A DNA stretch of 64,000 bases from Lingula anatina (Eukaryota; Animalia; Brachiopoda): positions 19,778,001 to 19,842,000 of the forward strand of contig CM120645.1 in NCBI GenBank assembly GCA_051362555.1, in the 5' to 3' direction. This document shows positions 24,401 to 36,300 of this stretch, piece by piece. The notes below the pieces were generated by a model. That model was not told where the DNA came from and did not search any database. It was given only the letters and a program-made list of their open reading frames with translations. The number at the start of each line of letters is the position of its first letter. The first letter of the stretch is position 1. Position numbers and translations under genes: made by a program.

Positions 24401-25895
24401 TGCCAAGGATAGAAAGAGTCTTTGTCAGCCAATATTTTGTGGAAGACGAGAGGAAAAAAAACTTACTTAAAGATATGTTTAAGTAGCTGTTACAGCTGTC
24501 AAGCAACTTAGGTTCAGTAATGCAATAGATATGACCCCAGATTGTGCTCCAGAATTTTTAAATAGAATATTACCCAGGTTTAAAATTCACACTGTTATTT
24601 GAACCATCTGAGGCACTTTTTTTTGTTTTTCTTATGCTTTAAAACAACCGCCTAAATATTTATTTCATATATCTACTATATCTGCTACTCTGCTAAACAG
24701 GCGTTTTATTGACCCCACCTTAAATAATTGCCAACCTTGCTCAAGTATACATCTCAGTATTTTAACAATTTTTTCGCGCCTCTCGGTCGTTAAGGTGTTC
24801 CTGCTCTAGCAACACAGGGTGACTCCCTGCTCTCGCCACCAACACCAATCAATTATTGAACCGAGCAAATAATTTTTTCCTCTTCTTTCATATAGCAACT
24901 ATAAAATGACCACCTTAATCTTTGGAAATGACAGCTATTGACAGGTTACTATTTATGCTCAAAAGAGGATGCATGCTCCAATATTGAAAAAGATGTCTTA
25001 AACTGATTGTTTGATAAACTAATTGATTAACTAATAAATTGGAAAAATGCATTCAAAAGTGAAGATTTGACTTTTTTAACACAGCTTTGATTTTAGTTAT
25101 GATAATTTCCACTTTCTCCTTTGCCAAGTTTTGTTTAAAAATTCATAATTTATTATTTCAACTGACATTAAAATTGATTGCAATTTATTTTGATAAACAT
25201 ATAGGTTTTTTTATACTTTTTTACATCTTTTTAAATATTGTGCATATAAGAAGTAGCCCCTCTTACTTTATACCCTTTCAGTGAGTGAGTTTGCTGCATG
25301 TCCCCCTTCGCTGTAGTGTCCATTCCATTCTATTGAAAACCGACTCTGAAGCCAAGTAGTTGGTCAGCTGGCCACCCTTATTCATGAGCTTCATGCATAT
25401 TCATAAGCTGGTCAAACAACATTTACATAAGTGCTTGGGCATTTAAAGATACCTAGGGCCAAGTTATAAATCATTAGGTCCAGCAGCTCCCAAGTAAGAA
25501 ACTTGGGTATTTTTGCAGTTGAGATATCTAAGAAAAGTTCATATGTTAGCCGTGATCCTGAACTTTTACAGTCATTAAATATATGCTGTTGGAAATTTAA
25601 TTTTTATGTTCCAGAATTTTGCTTTGATTTTCAGGTTTCAGATGTGAATTATTTTAGGAAAATATTTGTTTATGACATTCTTTTTTTGTTTGTTTGTTTG
25701 TTTGTTTCTGGTACAAATGTTATTTTTTGCATTTTAGAAAGACGTCTGCCAGATATTTAGTATAAGAATGCTGAATTATAGAATATTCTGTAATATTATT
25801 GATTTTTTTTTTCAGAAGACTACAGCTATAGGAAAATGCAAGCATTGGATCATCTTTGCTAAAAGAGGAAACCAAACGGGCTTTTTTTTTGAAGC

Positions 25896-26536
25896 ATGAT
25901 GGAAACTGATTCCAAGTTGGAGACAAATTTGATGAACAAAATTACTGATGGAGATTCAAACAGTTGTGGGTCTTCCATAAGTAGGGATGACATTTCAACC
26001 AAAAAGGTTTCCCAAGATGACAGCGACATTGCAGAATTTGATGATGACACAATCTCCTCAGCTCTGGCAGAAGACAGACCACCATCAGATGAAGAGCTAG
26101 TAGATTTGGCAAATAACGATGAAGAAGAAGATGATGATGATGAAATTGATGAAGAAGAAGAAGAAGAAATTGACAGCGATGATGTAGATGATGATGATGA
26201 TTATGAAGACGATGAAAATGAGGAAGAAGCAGAAATACTGAATATCAGCGATGCCGATGATGAGGATGAAAATACAAATGATATTGTTGATAGTGCAGCC
26301 ACTGTTGAGAAAGATTGTAAGGAAAAATTGGACACCAAAGAAGACTCTGAAAGTCCAAGTACCTCAAAGAGGGCAACTTTGAAAAGGCCTCGAAGTAAAG
26401 GTCCAGGCGTAGAGGCATCAGATGAGCCACCATCAAAAAAGAAGAGCAGGGCAACAAAAGGGAAGAAAAAAGATGGAAAGAAGGGAGAAAAGAAAAAAAG
26501 AAAAAGCAAGAAAAATTATGAGAGGAGAAATATCAG
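25896..26536 (+). CDS. RAD54L2: RAD54L2 coding exon 1 (acidic tract plus Lys-rich NLS-like region); acceptor at 25816
   Basis: ORF ends ...RRNIR at AG/gtaaaa; in-frame stop just upstream of the ATG. Confidence 0.88.
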
Positions 26537-27340
26537 GTAAAAAATGTTTGATTGATTTTTGTTCTTGCTGTTTGTTTTTTATTACTTTTAAGCATATAAA
26601 GTTAAAAACTGGTTAGTATTTTTTATTATTAACGTTTTTCTTATTTTATAAGTGGCCAGGTGGAAAAAATTAAGTGTCAGAAAAGTTTACTTTTAACTGT
26701 TCTGTAAAGGTGAAAAATAAGTATATAGAACTTTTGTGTGAAATACTGTAGGAAAACAGGGAAATTACCAAAAAGGTAATCAAAAGTAGGAAAAAAGTTT
26801 AACATTAATTTCCCAAATTAAAATAAACATAAAAACAAAATGAGATTGAAGAAAATAATTTATTTTATTAGTACTATTTATTAAGTTTATGTATGAAAAA
26901 ATAAATAACATTAACATTTGATAAATATGGAAAACAAGTGAAATAATAAAATTTATTAATAGATAAATAGAAAAAATGAATAAATAGTTATGTCATTTGA
27001 AAAGAAGTTCAAAGTCATTATTCAGAATTATATGGCCTACAGGCCAAGATTACTTAACAATTTATAACAGTACATTTTAACCCTTAAGAAAAGCCTCTCT
27101 CAGCTTAGTACAAAAGTTAACTGCCAGTCTCTTCATAAAGATGGTGTTTTGAGAAGAAATTGCTGATACTAACCTCGTGTCATTGTAAGAATGTATGTGG
27201 AAAATACTGTTCCCTCAAGTTATAGTGCTTATGACAAGTTATTGAAACATGCTTCTCATTTTCTGAACAATGTTCCTACTAGAAGAGCGACCTTTTTTAA
27301 TTTGTAGCCAAGTTATGGATTGAGATTTTTAATTCATACT

Positions 27341-27375
<35 letters not shown>

Positions 27376-30300
27376 TTATTTTTAGTCTAAAATCTGCATT
27401 TGTTCTGTAAACTTTGCAATGTGAATAAATAATAAAGACTTGTAGGAAAAGTAAAGAAAAAATCATTCCTTGCATATGTCAGGTAAATTATATTTGAAAG
27501 GTAATAGTAATTTTTATTCACTTCATGAATGTGTCAAGAAATTTATTTAAAAATAAAATTTGATATTCTTTCCTTGATTTATGAACATGCCAAATCGGTA
27601 ATTTCAAAAATATTTTAAAAGACATCATCTAACCGTTGTGCAATCTCCTAATTTAAAGATGCCAATGCACAAATAAACACACAAATAGCATTACCATATT
27701 TTTTTTTTCAATTAGATTTTCAAATTGGTAATTGTGTTGTCAGAAAAAAACTCAGCAAAATGAAATATCCCATCTCTTTCTATTCAATTTAATAACTGAA
27801 GTGTTCCGACTTTTCTCTTGTGCTGGGCACAGTTTTTGGATAGCCTTTGTCAGATTATATATCAGATTATAATGAGAGGCTCCGCTTCATTCACTTCGTC
27901 TGACAATCAATAAAGTATTCAATTCAATTTCTCTAGTAGTCAAAAATTAAAAGGAAGAAATATTTCCGGAATTCTTGTGTAACTGATTTCAGTGTCATGT
28001 ATAAAGATAAGGCTCGTAATGCCAGCATTATTGTAAAATTGCAAGGAGTGCGACAATAGCAGATAGGTCTGCTCATCTGACAAACCTTTTCACTCGATTT
28101 AGTTTGGTTTCAACAAAATGTTTTGTAGTCTCTAAGGGCTTGAAAAGTTCCTCCCCTATTGTAGAGTTTGCTCGCACCAGTTGTTTTCTTCTTTTGGACA
28201 CCGGTGTAAGTGTCAGTACTTTGGTCCACTTTGGACTGACCTCTCTGTTACTGGTCAGTGTAAACGGTATTTGATGACCCATCTTTTTTGAGGATCTCTT
28301 CCCTTACAGGAATTAAAAATAATGTAGCCTGAATGTGACCTTCTTCACAGTTCAAAAAGAAGATTTATTGTAACCAAATACGCCTCTATAGCTGTGGCGG
28401 GATGGAAAATAAATTAAATAAATATCTCTGTAGTGTAGGCTTAACATTTATGGATGTCTGAACACTATAAACTAGCTGCTGTCTACCTTGTACACTTTTT
28501 ATGCAGTGAAGACTTCACATCTGATTTCAATGCATATTGGTGCTCATATATTTATCTTGCATTTAGATTAAAGAAATCTTTCCCAGGTCATTGAAGATAT
28601 TTATTTTTATCAAAAGGAATAAATCAGTGAGTCATGCAGCAAAATATTAGAACTTTCATAAAACGATATTTCATTTGAAATTTTTGATATGTGAAATCGG
28701 TGCAGTCGAATGATGGTCTATAATGGCCATCCTATTAAGATTTGACCTTGCTTTTACCCTTTTTTTATATTTTTGGTATTTGTTAAGGCCCCCCACAGAT
28801 AAATGACCCGGCCATGACCTTGCAAGCAGTTCATAAAATCGGGGCCAGTACAGAAGTGCACATTCTTCGTTACATATTGGGAAGCATCTTTCTTTTGCCA
28901 AAAAATTATGGTTTGGGTCTGAAACTCATCTTTTATGTCCCCATATTTATTTTACGTGGGAAATTAAGAAATCAGTGCCATCTCCACAAAATTATGTTTT
29001 TATTTAACAAATATATATATCTGATTTATTTTTGGCAGTCAGGAACCAATACTAAACTTTCATCTGTTTACTGAAATGTTGCTAGCTGATATGAATTCAT
29101 AAATAGGACTGTATTAGTGTATACAATATTTTGGTTCAAAGAAAATAAAACTAGAGACAAAACCTGAAGCACAGACCTTTACCAAGAAAATTAAATAAAT
29201 AGAAACAAAAAAAGGATGAAGTACTGAAAAGTGAACAGAAATCAACAAAGAATATTTTTAAAACAGAATAACATTCAGATAACTAATTAAACTGAAAATT
29301 TCATAAAAAAATTGTGAAATTTTTTTGAAACAACTTGTGCGCTAACAAACAGACACAAAGAAGAACATCTTTCAATGACAGAGATTATTTACCAACTTGC
29401 TGAAATACTCAACCATTTTCTAGTCCTAACCAGCTTTCTTATGAATACCATTCAAAAATGTGCTATAAACTTTTTAAAGCACACTTCACTGATTTGCTAC
29501 ATATGACTTCACACTGTTTTCCTTCAATTTTGATCTTGTGTAAAATTTGAATTTTGAGCAGGGAAATCCACTGCCTAATTAAAAGAAAAAAACACTCTCA
29601 GGGAGATCCATGAAAAGATTTTTTTTATAATGTTACTAGAAGATAAACTCATCGGTAAAACATATCTACATAAATCCTACATCAGCCCAGCTACAGGGGG
29701 TGTGTGGTCTTGCTCTGTCCAGAAGTATTATGTCCATAGTTTGAGAGGTCAGTAGGCACCGGTATCTGGTCAAGCGTACTCTTATGCTGGAGGTCACCTT
29801 ACCTAAGATCGATAAAAATACAAAACTGTCACCTTAAGGCTATTTTAATCACGTGTCTGTACATGTGGCTTGCTGTAAAGGATGATTTTTTATTTTTTAT
29901 TTATTTATTTATTTATTTATTTTTGTTAATTGCTAGTTTATTAATTGTTTGTTTGCCTGCGCGGAGCATTACTCAAAACAAATGGATGCATTTTGATGAA
30001 ATTTTTGGGATAAGTCACAAATGACCCAAGAAAGAAATGATTAGATCTTGGTGATGATCCAACAATTTATAAATGAATAAATTAATATATTAGGGAATTA
30101 ATTTATTGATGAATGAATAGGTTAATTAATTAATTAATTAATTAATTAATTAATTAATTAATTAATTATGTACAGATTTTGATGAAATTTACAGGATAGG
30201 TCATAAATGAATAAATAAATAAATAAGGGAATTAATTAATTGATGAATGAAAAGGTTAATTAATTAATTGTGTACAGATTTTGATGAAATTTACAGGATA

Positions 30301-33300
30301 GGTCACAAATAGGACAAGGAAGAAATGATTAGATTATGGTGATGATCCAATAATTTATAAATGAAAAAATAAAGAAATTAGGGAATTGATTTATTGATGA
30401 ATGAATAGGTTAATTAATTAAATTATTTATTTGTTTGTTTGTTTGTTTGTTTGTTTGTTTGTTTGTTTATGAATGAATAAATAGGTTAATTAATTATGTT
30501 CAGATTTTGAAATATACAGGATAGGTCACAAATGAGCCAAAGAAGAAATGATTAGATTTTGGTGATGATCCAGTAACTTATAATTGAATAAATAAATAAT
30601 TAGGGAATTAATATATTGATGAATGAATAGCTTAATTAATTAATTTATTAATTAATTATGTACAGATTTTGATGACATTTACAGGATGGGTCATAAATGG
30701 GCCAAGGAAGAAATGATTAGATTTTGGTGATGATCTATTAATTTATAAATGAGTAAATAAATAAATTATGGAATTAATTGTACCACCAGCGTTAGCGCTG
30801 GCGGTACACATGGTTTCGGTCTCGTCCGGATCGTTCCGCCGGCTCCGCCGGCTCCGCCGGACGGCTACCGTTACCGCTTCTCCTCCTAGACGGTAAGGCC
30901 CCCCATACCCATCTCATGGATTTAGGTCACCTATAATCTCAACTCGTTCCACGTAAAATTTGGGCTTTGTCGGTATTGGGGTCTGGGTGTGGCACTCATT
31001 GCAATGCACCCTTGTCCAAAAATGGCAAAATTAAATGCTAATTATCTACCCTACGGAAGGAGTTACGGGAAAAATTTCTACAGACGGCTTTCCAAAAGTC
31101 ATATGTGTAGATTTCAAATATACCCTCGGATTTGACCTTTGACCTTTACTTCAAGGTCAAATGGGCCAAAATTTTCAAAAAAATGAAATTTTTTACGAAA
31201 AAAAAATTTTTTGCCCTGTTATTCAGACACCACACAGACTTAACCAATAATATTATTGGAAAGTGTTACCCTTCAGGTCATCTTTCATCTCCGTGAATTT
31301 GGGGTCAATCGGTGCATTTTCACAGGAGTAGCGGCCATAAGATACCGAAACTGAAAACTGTCTCTAATTCGGGAACCGTTAATGCTAGAGACCCATTCTT
31401 TTTTGCATTTTGTAGAGCATGTAAAGCCCAACACTGGAGGTGGTCTCGGTTTTTTTGTATTCCATACGGTTTTCGAGTTACGCTGTATCAAAAAGTACAT
31501 ATTGGTGGTGAAAGGAAAATGTACGGAAGCCCACTGGTGCCATATGTAGAAAAAAAAATTATCTCGAAATTTCGAGATACTATTTTGAAATTTGAACAAA
31601 AAAATTTACCACCAGCGTTAGCACTGGCGGTACACATGGTTTCGGTCCCGTCCGGTCCGTTCCGCCGGCTCCGCCGCCATGTTACCGTTACCGCTTCTCC
31701 TCCTAGACGGTAAGGGCCCCCGTACCCATCTCATGGATTTAGGTCACCTATAATCTCAACTCGTTCCACGTAAAATTTGGGCTTTGTCGGTATTGGGGTC
31801 TGGGTGTGGCACTCATTGCAATGCACCCTTGTCTAAAAATGGCAAAATTAAATGCTAATTATCTACCCTACAGAAGGAGTTACGGGAAAAATTTCTATAG
31901 ACGGCTTTCCAAAAGTCATATGTGTAGATTTCAAATATACCCTCGGATTTGACCTTTGACCTTTACTTCAAGGTCAAATGGGTCAAAATTTTCAAAAAAA
32001 TGAAATTTTTTACGAAAAAAAATTTTTTTGCCCTGTTATTCAGACGCCACACAGACTTAACCAATAATATTATTGGAAAGTGTTACCCTTCAGGTCATCT
32101 TTCATCTCCGTGAATTTGGGGTCAATCGGTGCATTTTCACAGGAGTAGCGGCCATAAGATACCGAAACTGAAAACTGTCTCTAATTCGGGAACCGTTAAT
32201 GCTAGAGACCCATTCTTTTTTGCATTTTGTAGAGCATGTAAAGCCCAACACTGGGGGTGGTCTCGGTTTTTTTGTATTCCATACGGTTTTCGAGTTACGC
32301 TGTATCAGAAAGTACATATTGGTGGTGAAAGGAAAATGTACGGAAGCCGACTGGTGCCATATGTAGAAAAAAAAATTATCTCGAAATTTCGAGATACTAT
32401 TTTGAAATTTGAACAAAAAAAATTTTTATCTCGAAATTTCGAGATAGCATTTTGAAATTTGAACAAAAAAAAAATTATCTCGAAATTTCGAGATAGCATT
32501 TTGATATTTGAGCAAAAAAATTTATCTCGAAATTTCGAGATAGTATTTTGAAATTTGAACAAAAAAAATGCTATCTCGAAATTTCGAGATAATTTTTTTT
32601 TTCAACATATGGCACCAGTCGGCTTCCGTAAAAATGTGCAGTACGGTAATGGATAATAAATTTTGAACTCCGGAAAAATAAAACATAATGCTTGGCAAAG
32701 CAGACAACTTGTGGTCAAAAATGACATTATTTTATCAAATTTAAACTTCTGCAACTTCAGAGAACCTCCCATTTCAAGAACTTTGACCAAAATGACCTTT
32801 TCTTTATTTTAATTAATTTTTTCTGTAGGAAATTTATGGCACATTATGGTAACTCCAAAATTATAACATTTAGTCCCTTATATCTCCAAAACTGGCAGAG
32901 ATAGGTCCATAGTTACTATTGAAGTTGAATAGGAAGTCATATACTAGCAATCTTACTGTGACCTTGAAATTGACCTTTGACCTACTTATCACCATGAACT
33001 GAACTTTGCAAATTTTGCTTCCCTTTTATCTCCAAAACTGGCAGAGATAGGTCCATAGTTACTATTGAACTTGAATAGGAAGTCATATACTGGCAATTTT
33101 ACTGTGACCTTGAAATTGACCTTTGACCTACTTTTCACCTTGAACTGAACTTTGCAAAATTTGCTTCCCTTTTATCTCCAAAACTGGCAGAGATAGGTCC
33201 ATAGTTACTATTGAACTTGCATAGGAAGTCATATACTGGCAATTTTACTGTGACCTTGAAATTGACCTTTGACCTTCTTTTCACCATGAACTGAACTTTG

Positions 33301-36300
33301 CAAATTTTGCTTCCCTTTTATCTCCAAAACTGGCAGAGATAGGTCCATAGTTACTATTGAAGTTGAATAGGAAGTCATATACTGGCAATCTAAATGTGAC
33401 CTTGAAATTGACCTTTGACCTACTTTTCACCATGAACTGAACTTTGCAAATTTTGCTTCCCTTTTATCTCCAAAACTGGCAGAGATAGGTCCATAGTTAC
33501 TATTGAAGTTGAATAGGAAGTCATATACTGGCAATCTTACTGTGACCTTGAAATTGACCTTTGACCTACTTTTCACCATGAACTGAACTTTGCAAATTTT
33601 GCTTCCCTTTTATCTCCAAAACTGGCAGAGATAGGTCCATAGTTACTATTGAACTTGAATAGGAAGTCATATACTGGCAATTTTACTGTGACCTTGAAAT
33701 TGACCTTTGACCTACTTTTCACCTTGAACTGAACTTTGCAAAATTTGCTTCCCTTTTATCTCCAAAACTGGCAGAGATAGGTCCATAGTTACTATTGAAG
33801 TTGAATAGGAAGTCATATACTGGCAATCTAAAAGTGACCTTAAAATTGACCTTTGACCTACTTTTCACCATGAACTGAACTTTGCATATTTTGCTTCCCC
33901 TTTATCTCCAAAACTGGCAGAGATAGGTCCATAGTTACTATTGAAGTTGAATAGGAAGTCATATACTGGCAATCTAAATGTGACCTTGAAATTGACCTTT
34001 GACCTACTTTTCACCATGAACTGAACTTTGCAAATTTTGCTTCCCTTTCATCTCCAAAACTGGCAGAGATAGGTCCATAGTTACTATTGAAGTTGAATAG
34101 GAAGTCATATACTGGCAATCTTACTGTGACCTTGAAATTGACCTTTGACCTACTTTTCACCATGAACTGAACTTTGCAAATTTTGCTTCCCTTTTATCTC
34201 CAAAACTGGCAGAGATAGGTCCATAGTTACTATTGAAGTTGGATAGGAAGTCATATACTGGCAATTTACTGTGACCTTGAAATTGACCTTTGACCTACCT
34301 TACAATGAACTTAACTTTGATTACACCATTTTTAGTTATATATATTTTTTGCATATTTTGAAAATTCTTGTTGATTGCATTTTTACAGCTTGTCAAGCAC
34401 AAGACTGGTGGCTGCACCCCTTATTTTGTGTATGTGGGGGTCTATACGAATGCGCTTGCTCCAGCTGGTGGTACAATATTCGGAGGCGGTATCGCCTCTC
34501 TGATCCTCTAGTTTATTAATGAATAAGTAAGGCTTGTGGAACAAACTAAACAAATGCCACAGAGTTCCATAATTAAAATAAAGTTATAGAGCTTTAGAGT
34601 CTTTCTGTTAAAAGTTCTTGTTTGTTTGAGAAAACATTAAAGAGTTGCAGTCATCTTTTTTTATGACTATTTCAGAAAAATTTTGAAAGAAAGCGAATTG
34701 GATGCCATGACACTCTCAGCTCAAAAGGAAGAATTCGAGAGAAAGCGGCGTCTTGCAGAACAACAGAGATTACTCTTACAACAACAACAACTTCAGCAGC
34801 AGCAGCAGTTACAACTTCAAAAACAGCAACAAGAACTCGACCTGTTGCAACCTGAATTGCAGCAGACCCAAAGGCCGATAAAACAAGAATTCCCTCCCAG
34901 GGAGCGGGTAGAGAAAGATTCACAGCTGAAATCTCTCTTACAATGTACGTATTGAACATTAGTCATGGTGCAGTGGCATTTAGGATTCTCAATTTATCAC
35001 AGAGAGATAACCGCCAAAAGCAATTGCTAATTTTTGCTGCAATTTGCCCCATGGATGTCTAGAAAGATGTAATAAGCATCATTAAAAACATATTTATCGT
35101 AAAATAATCATATAAGCCCAATAGTTCACCTTCACCCTTAATTATGATAATCCTCTGTACTAAATCACAGTATCCGAAGTCTTGCTATCAGAGTGAGCAA
35201 TTCTAAATTATGAAAAGACAAAATGATCATGGTATTTGGCCCTTACCGTGTCTAACAATCAGATAAATTGCCACTTACAGCAAGTCTAAGTTAAAACTTG
35301 CGATAAAATGGCTTGGGATATCCGTCATAAGTCAGTTTTGAATTATAGGGCTTTTTATAGTGTCAATAATTTTAAGAAATATTATAGTGTTATATAGGGG
35401 AGTCACGGGAAAGATGATATTTTATGAAATGATTCAAGCAAAGGTTATCAGACATAAAAGGTTAAGTGTTGAAAAGTAAGAGAAACTTCATAGGATCTGT
35501 AAATATTATTTAACAAGTCACAAATTATATGTAACCTTGACAACTGTGTAAGCCATATATGGTAAACATGCTCTCTTTGTTTCCATGGCAGCTGCTGAGG
35601 ATGAGGCATCCACATGGAGTTCAAAGAAGGATGAAGATGTTGTACTCCTTGACAGTGGAGATGACAGTCAGAAGAAAAAAGGAAGAGGTGAGTGCTTTGT
35701 GATGGCTTGTGTTTTAGAGGAGACATCCGTGGCCAGCTTCTACATTTTCAAATTTACTTACGTGCCCTTTTATTGCATGTGAACAGTATTTTGAATAAAT
35801 TGAGATTGCCATTACAAGTGTTTAAGGGATAACAACTTCATTTTGGAAAAAAATGGATTTTTCTTGGGTAAACAACAATTTTGAAATACTTACCAATGGT
35901 TAATGAATCTGTTCCAACATTCAAAGTTACTCCCTGTTTTTTTTTTGTTTTGTTTTTTTTTTTTTTTTTGTAGTAATCTCAAGAGATTATTACAGAGTGT
36001 ATCCATCTATGGAGGTCACCTGATCTGATGGCAGCAAGCACAATGTTTACAATGTATTTATTGTGAAATATGAATCTCATGCAAAGAGTTGTTATCCCTT
36101 GAAACAGGTCAATTTACTGCTTCCCATGTTTCATGGAACCAGAATGACTGGATGTGTGTCAGTGCTTGTTGTGGTAAACTTCAGCCAAACTTACCACCGA
36201 TTATTCCGAGTCCTATAAACAAGGACCTGTGTAGTTATATCAGTTAATAATTATATACACAGAAACAAGACAGAAATATTTTGTTTACAAAACTGCGTAG

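Larger units (their letters stand above)
30778..34513 (+). mobile_element. Helentron-associated non-autonomous element, copy 2, with duplicated 5' part, nested MITE and about 10 x 146-bp array
   Basis: 5' ttgtaccaccagcgttagcgctggcggtaca palindrome; 3' subTIR gctggtggtacaa (34464-34476), hairpin 34483-34498, CTAGTT at 34508-34513; inserted at a TT without TSD. Confidence 0.87.

Noticed and set aside
25262-25290. Possible 3-nt microexon (ttcag TGA gtgagt) in the RAD54L2 leader intron
   Set aside because: Lies in a non-coding intron, has no frame constraint to test, and can easily arise by chance.
26201-26616. Antisense and alternative-frame ORFs over the acidic/Lys-rich exon (likewise 46575-47757)
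   Set aside because: Shadows of low-complexity coding sequence.
31285-32790. Repeated 60-133 aa ORFs, also at 8075-9999 and 34271-34519
   Set aside because: They recur only because the non-autonomous element is repeated; no Rep/helicase or transposase motifs.
32881-34310. Regular array resembling CRISPR
   Set aside because: Units are near-identical along their whole length with no unique spacers; no cas genes; eukaryotic intron context.
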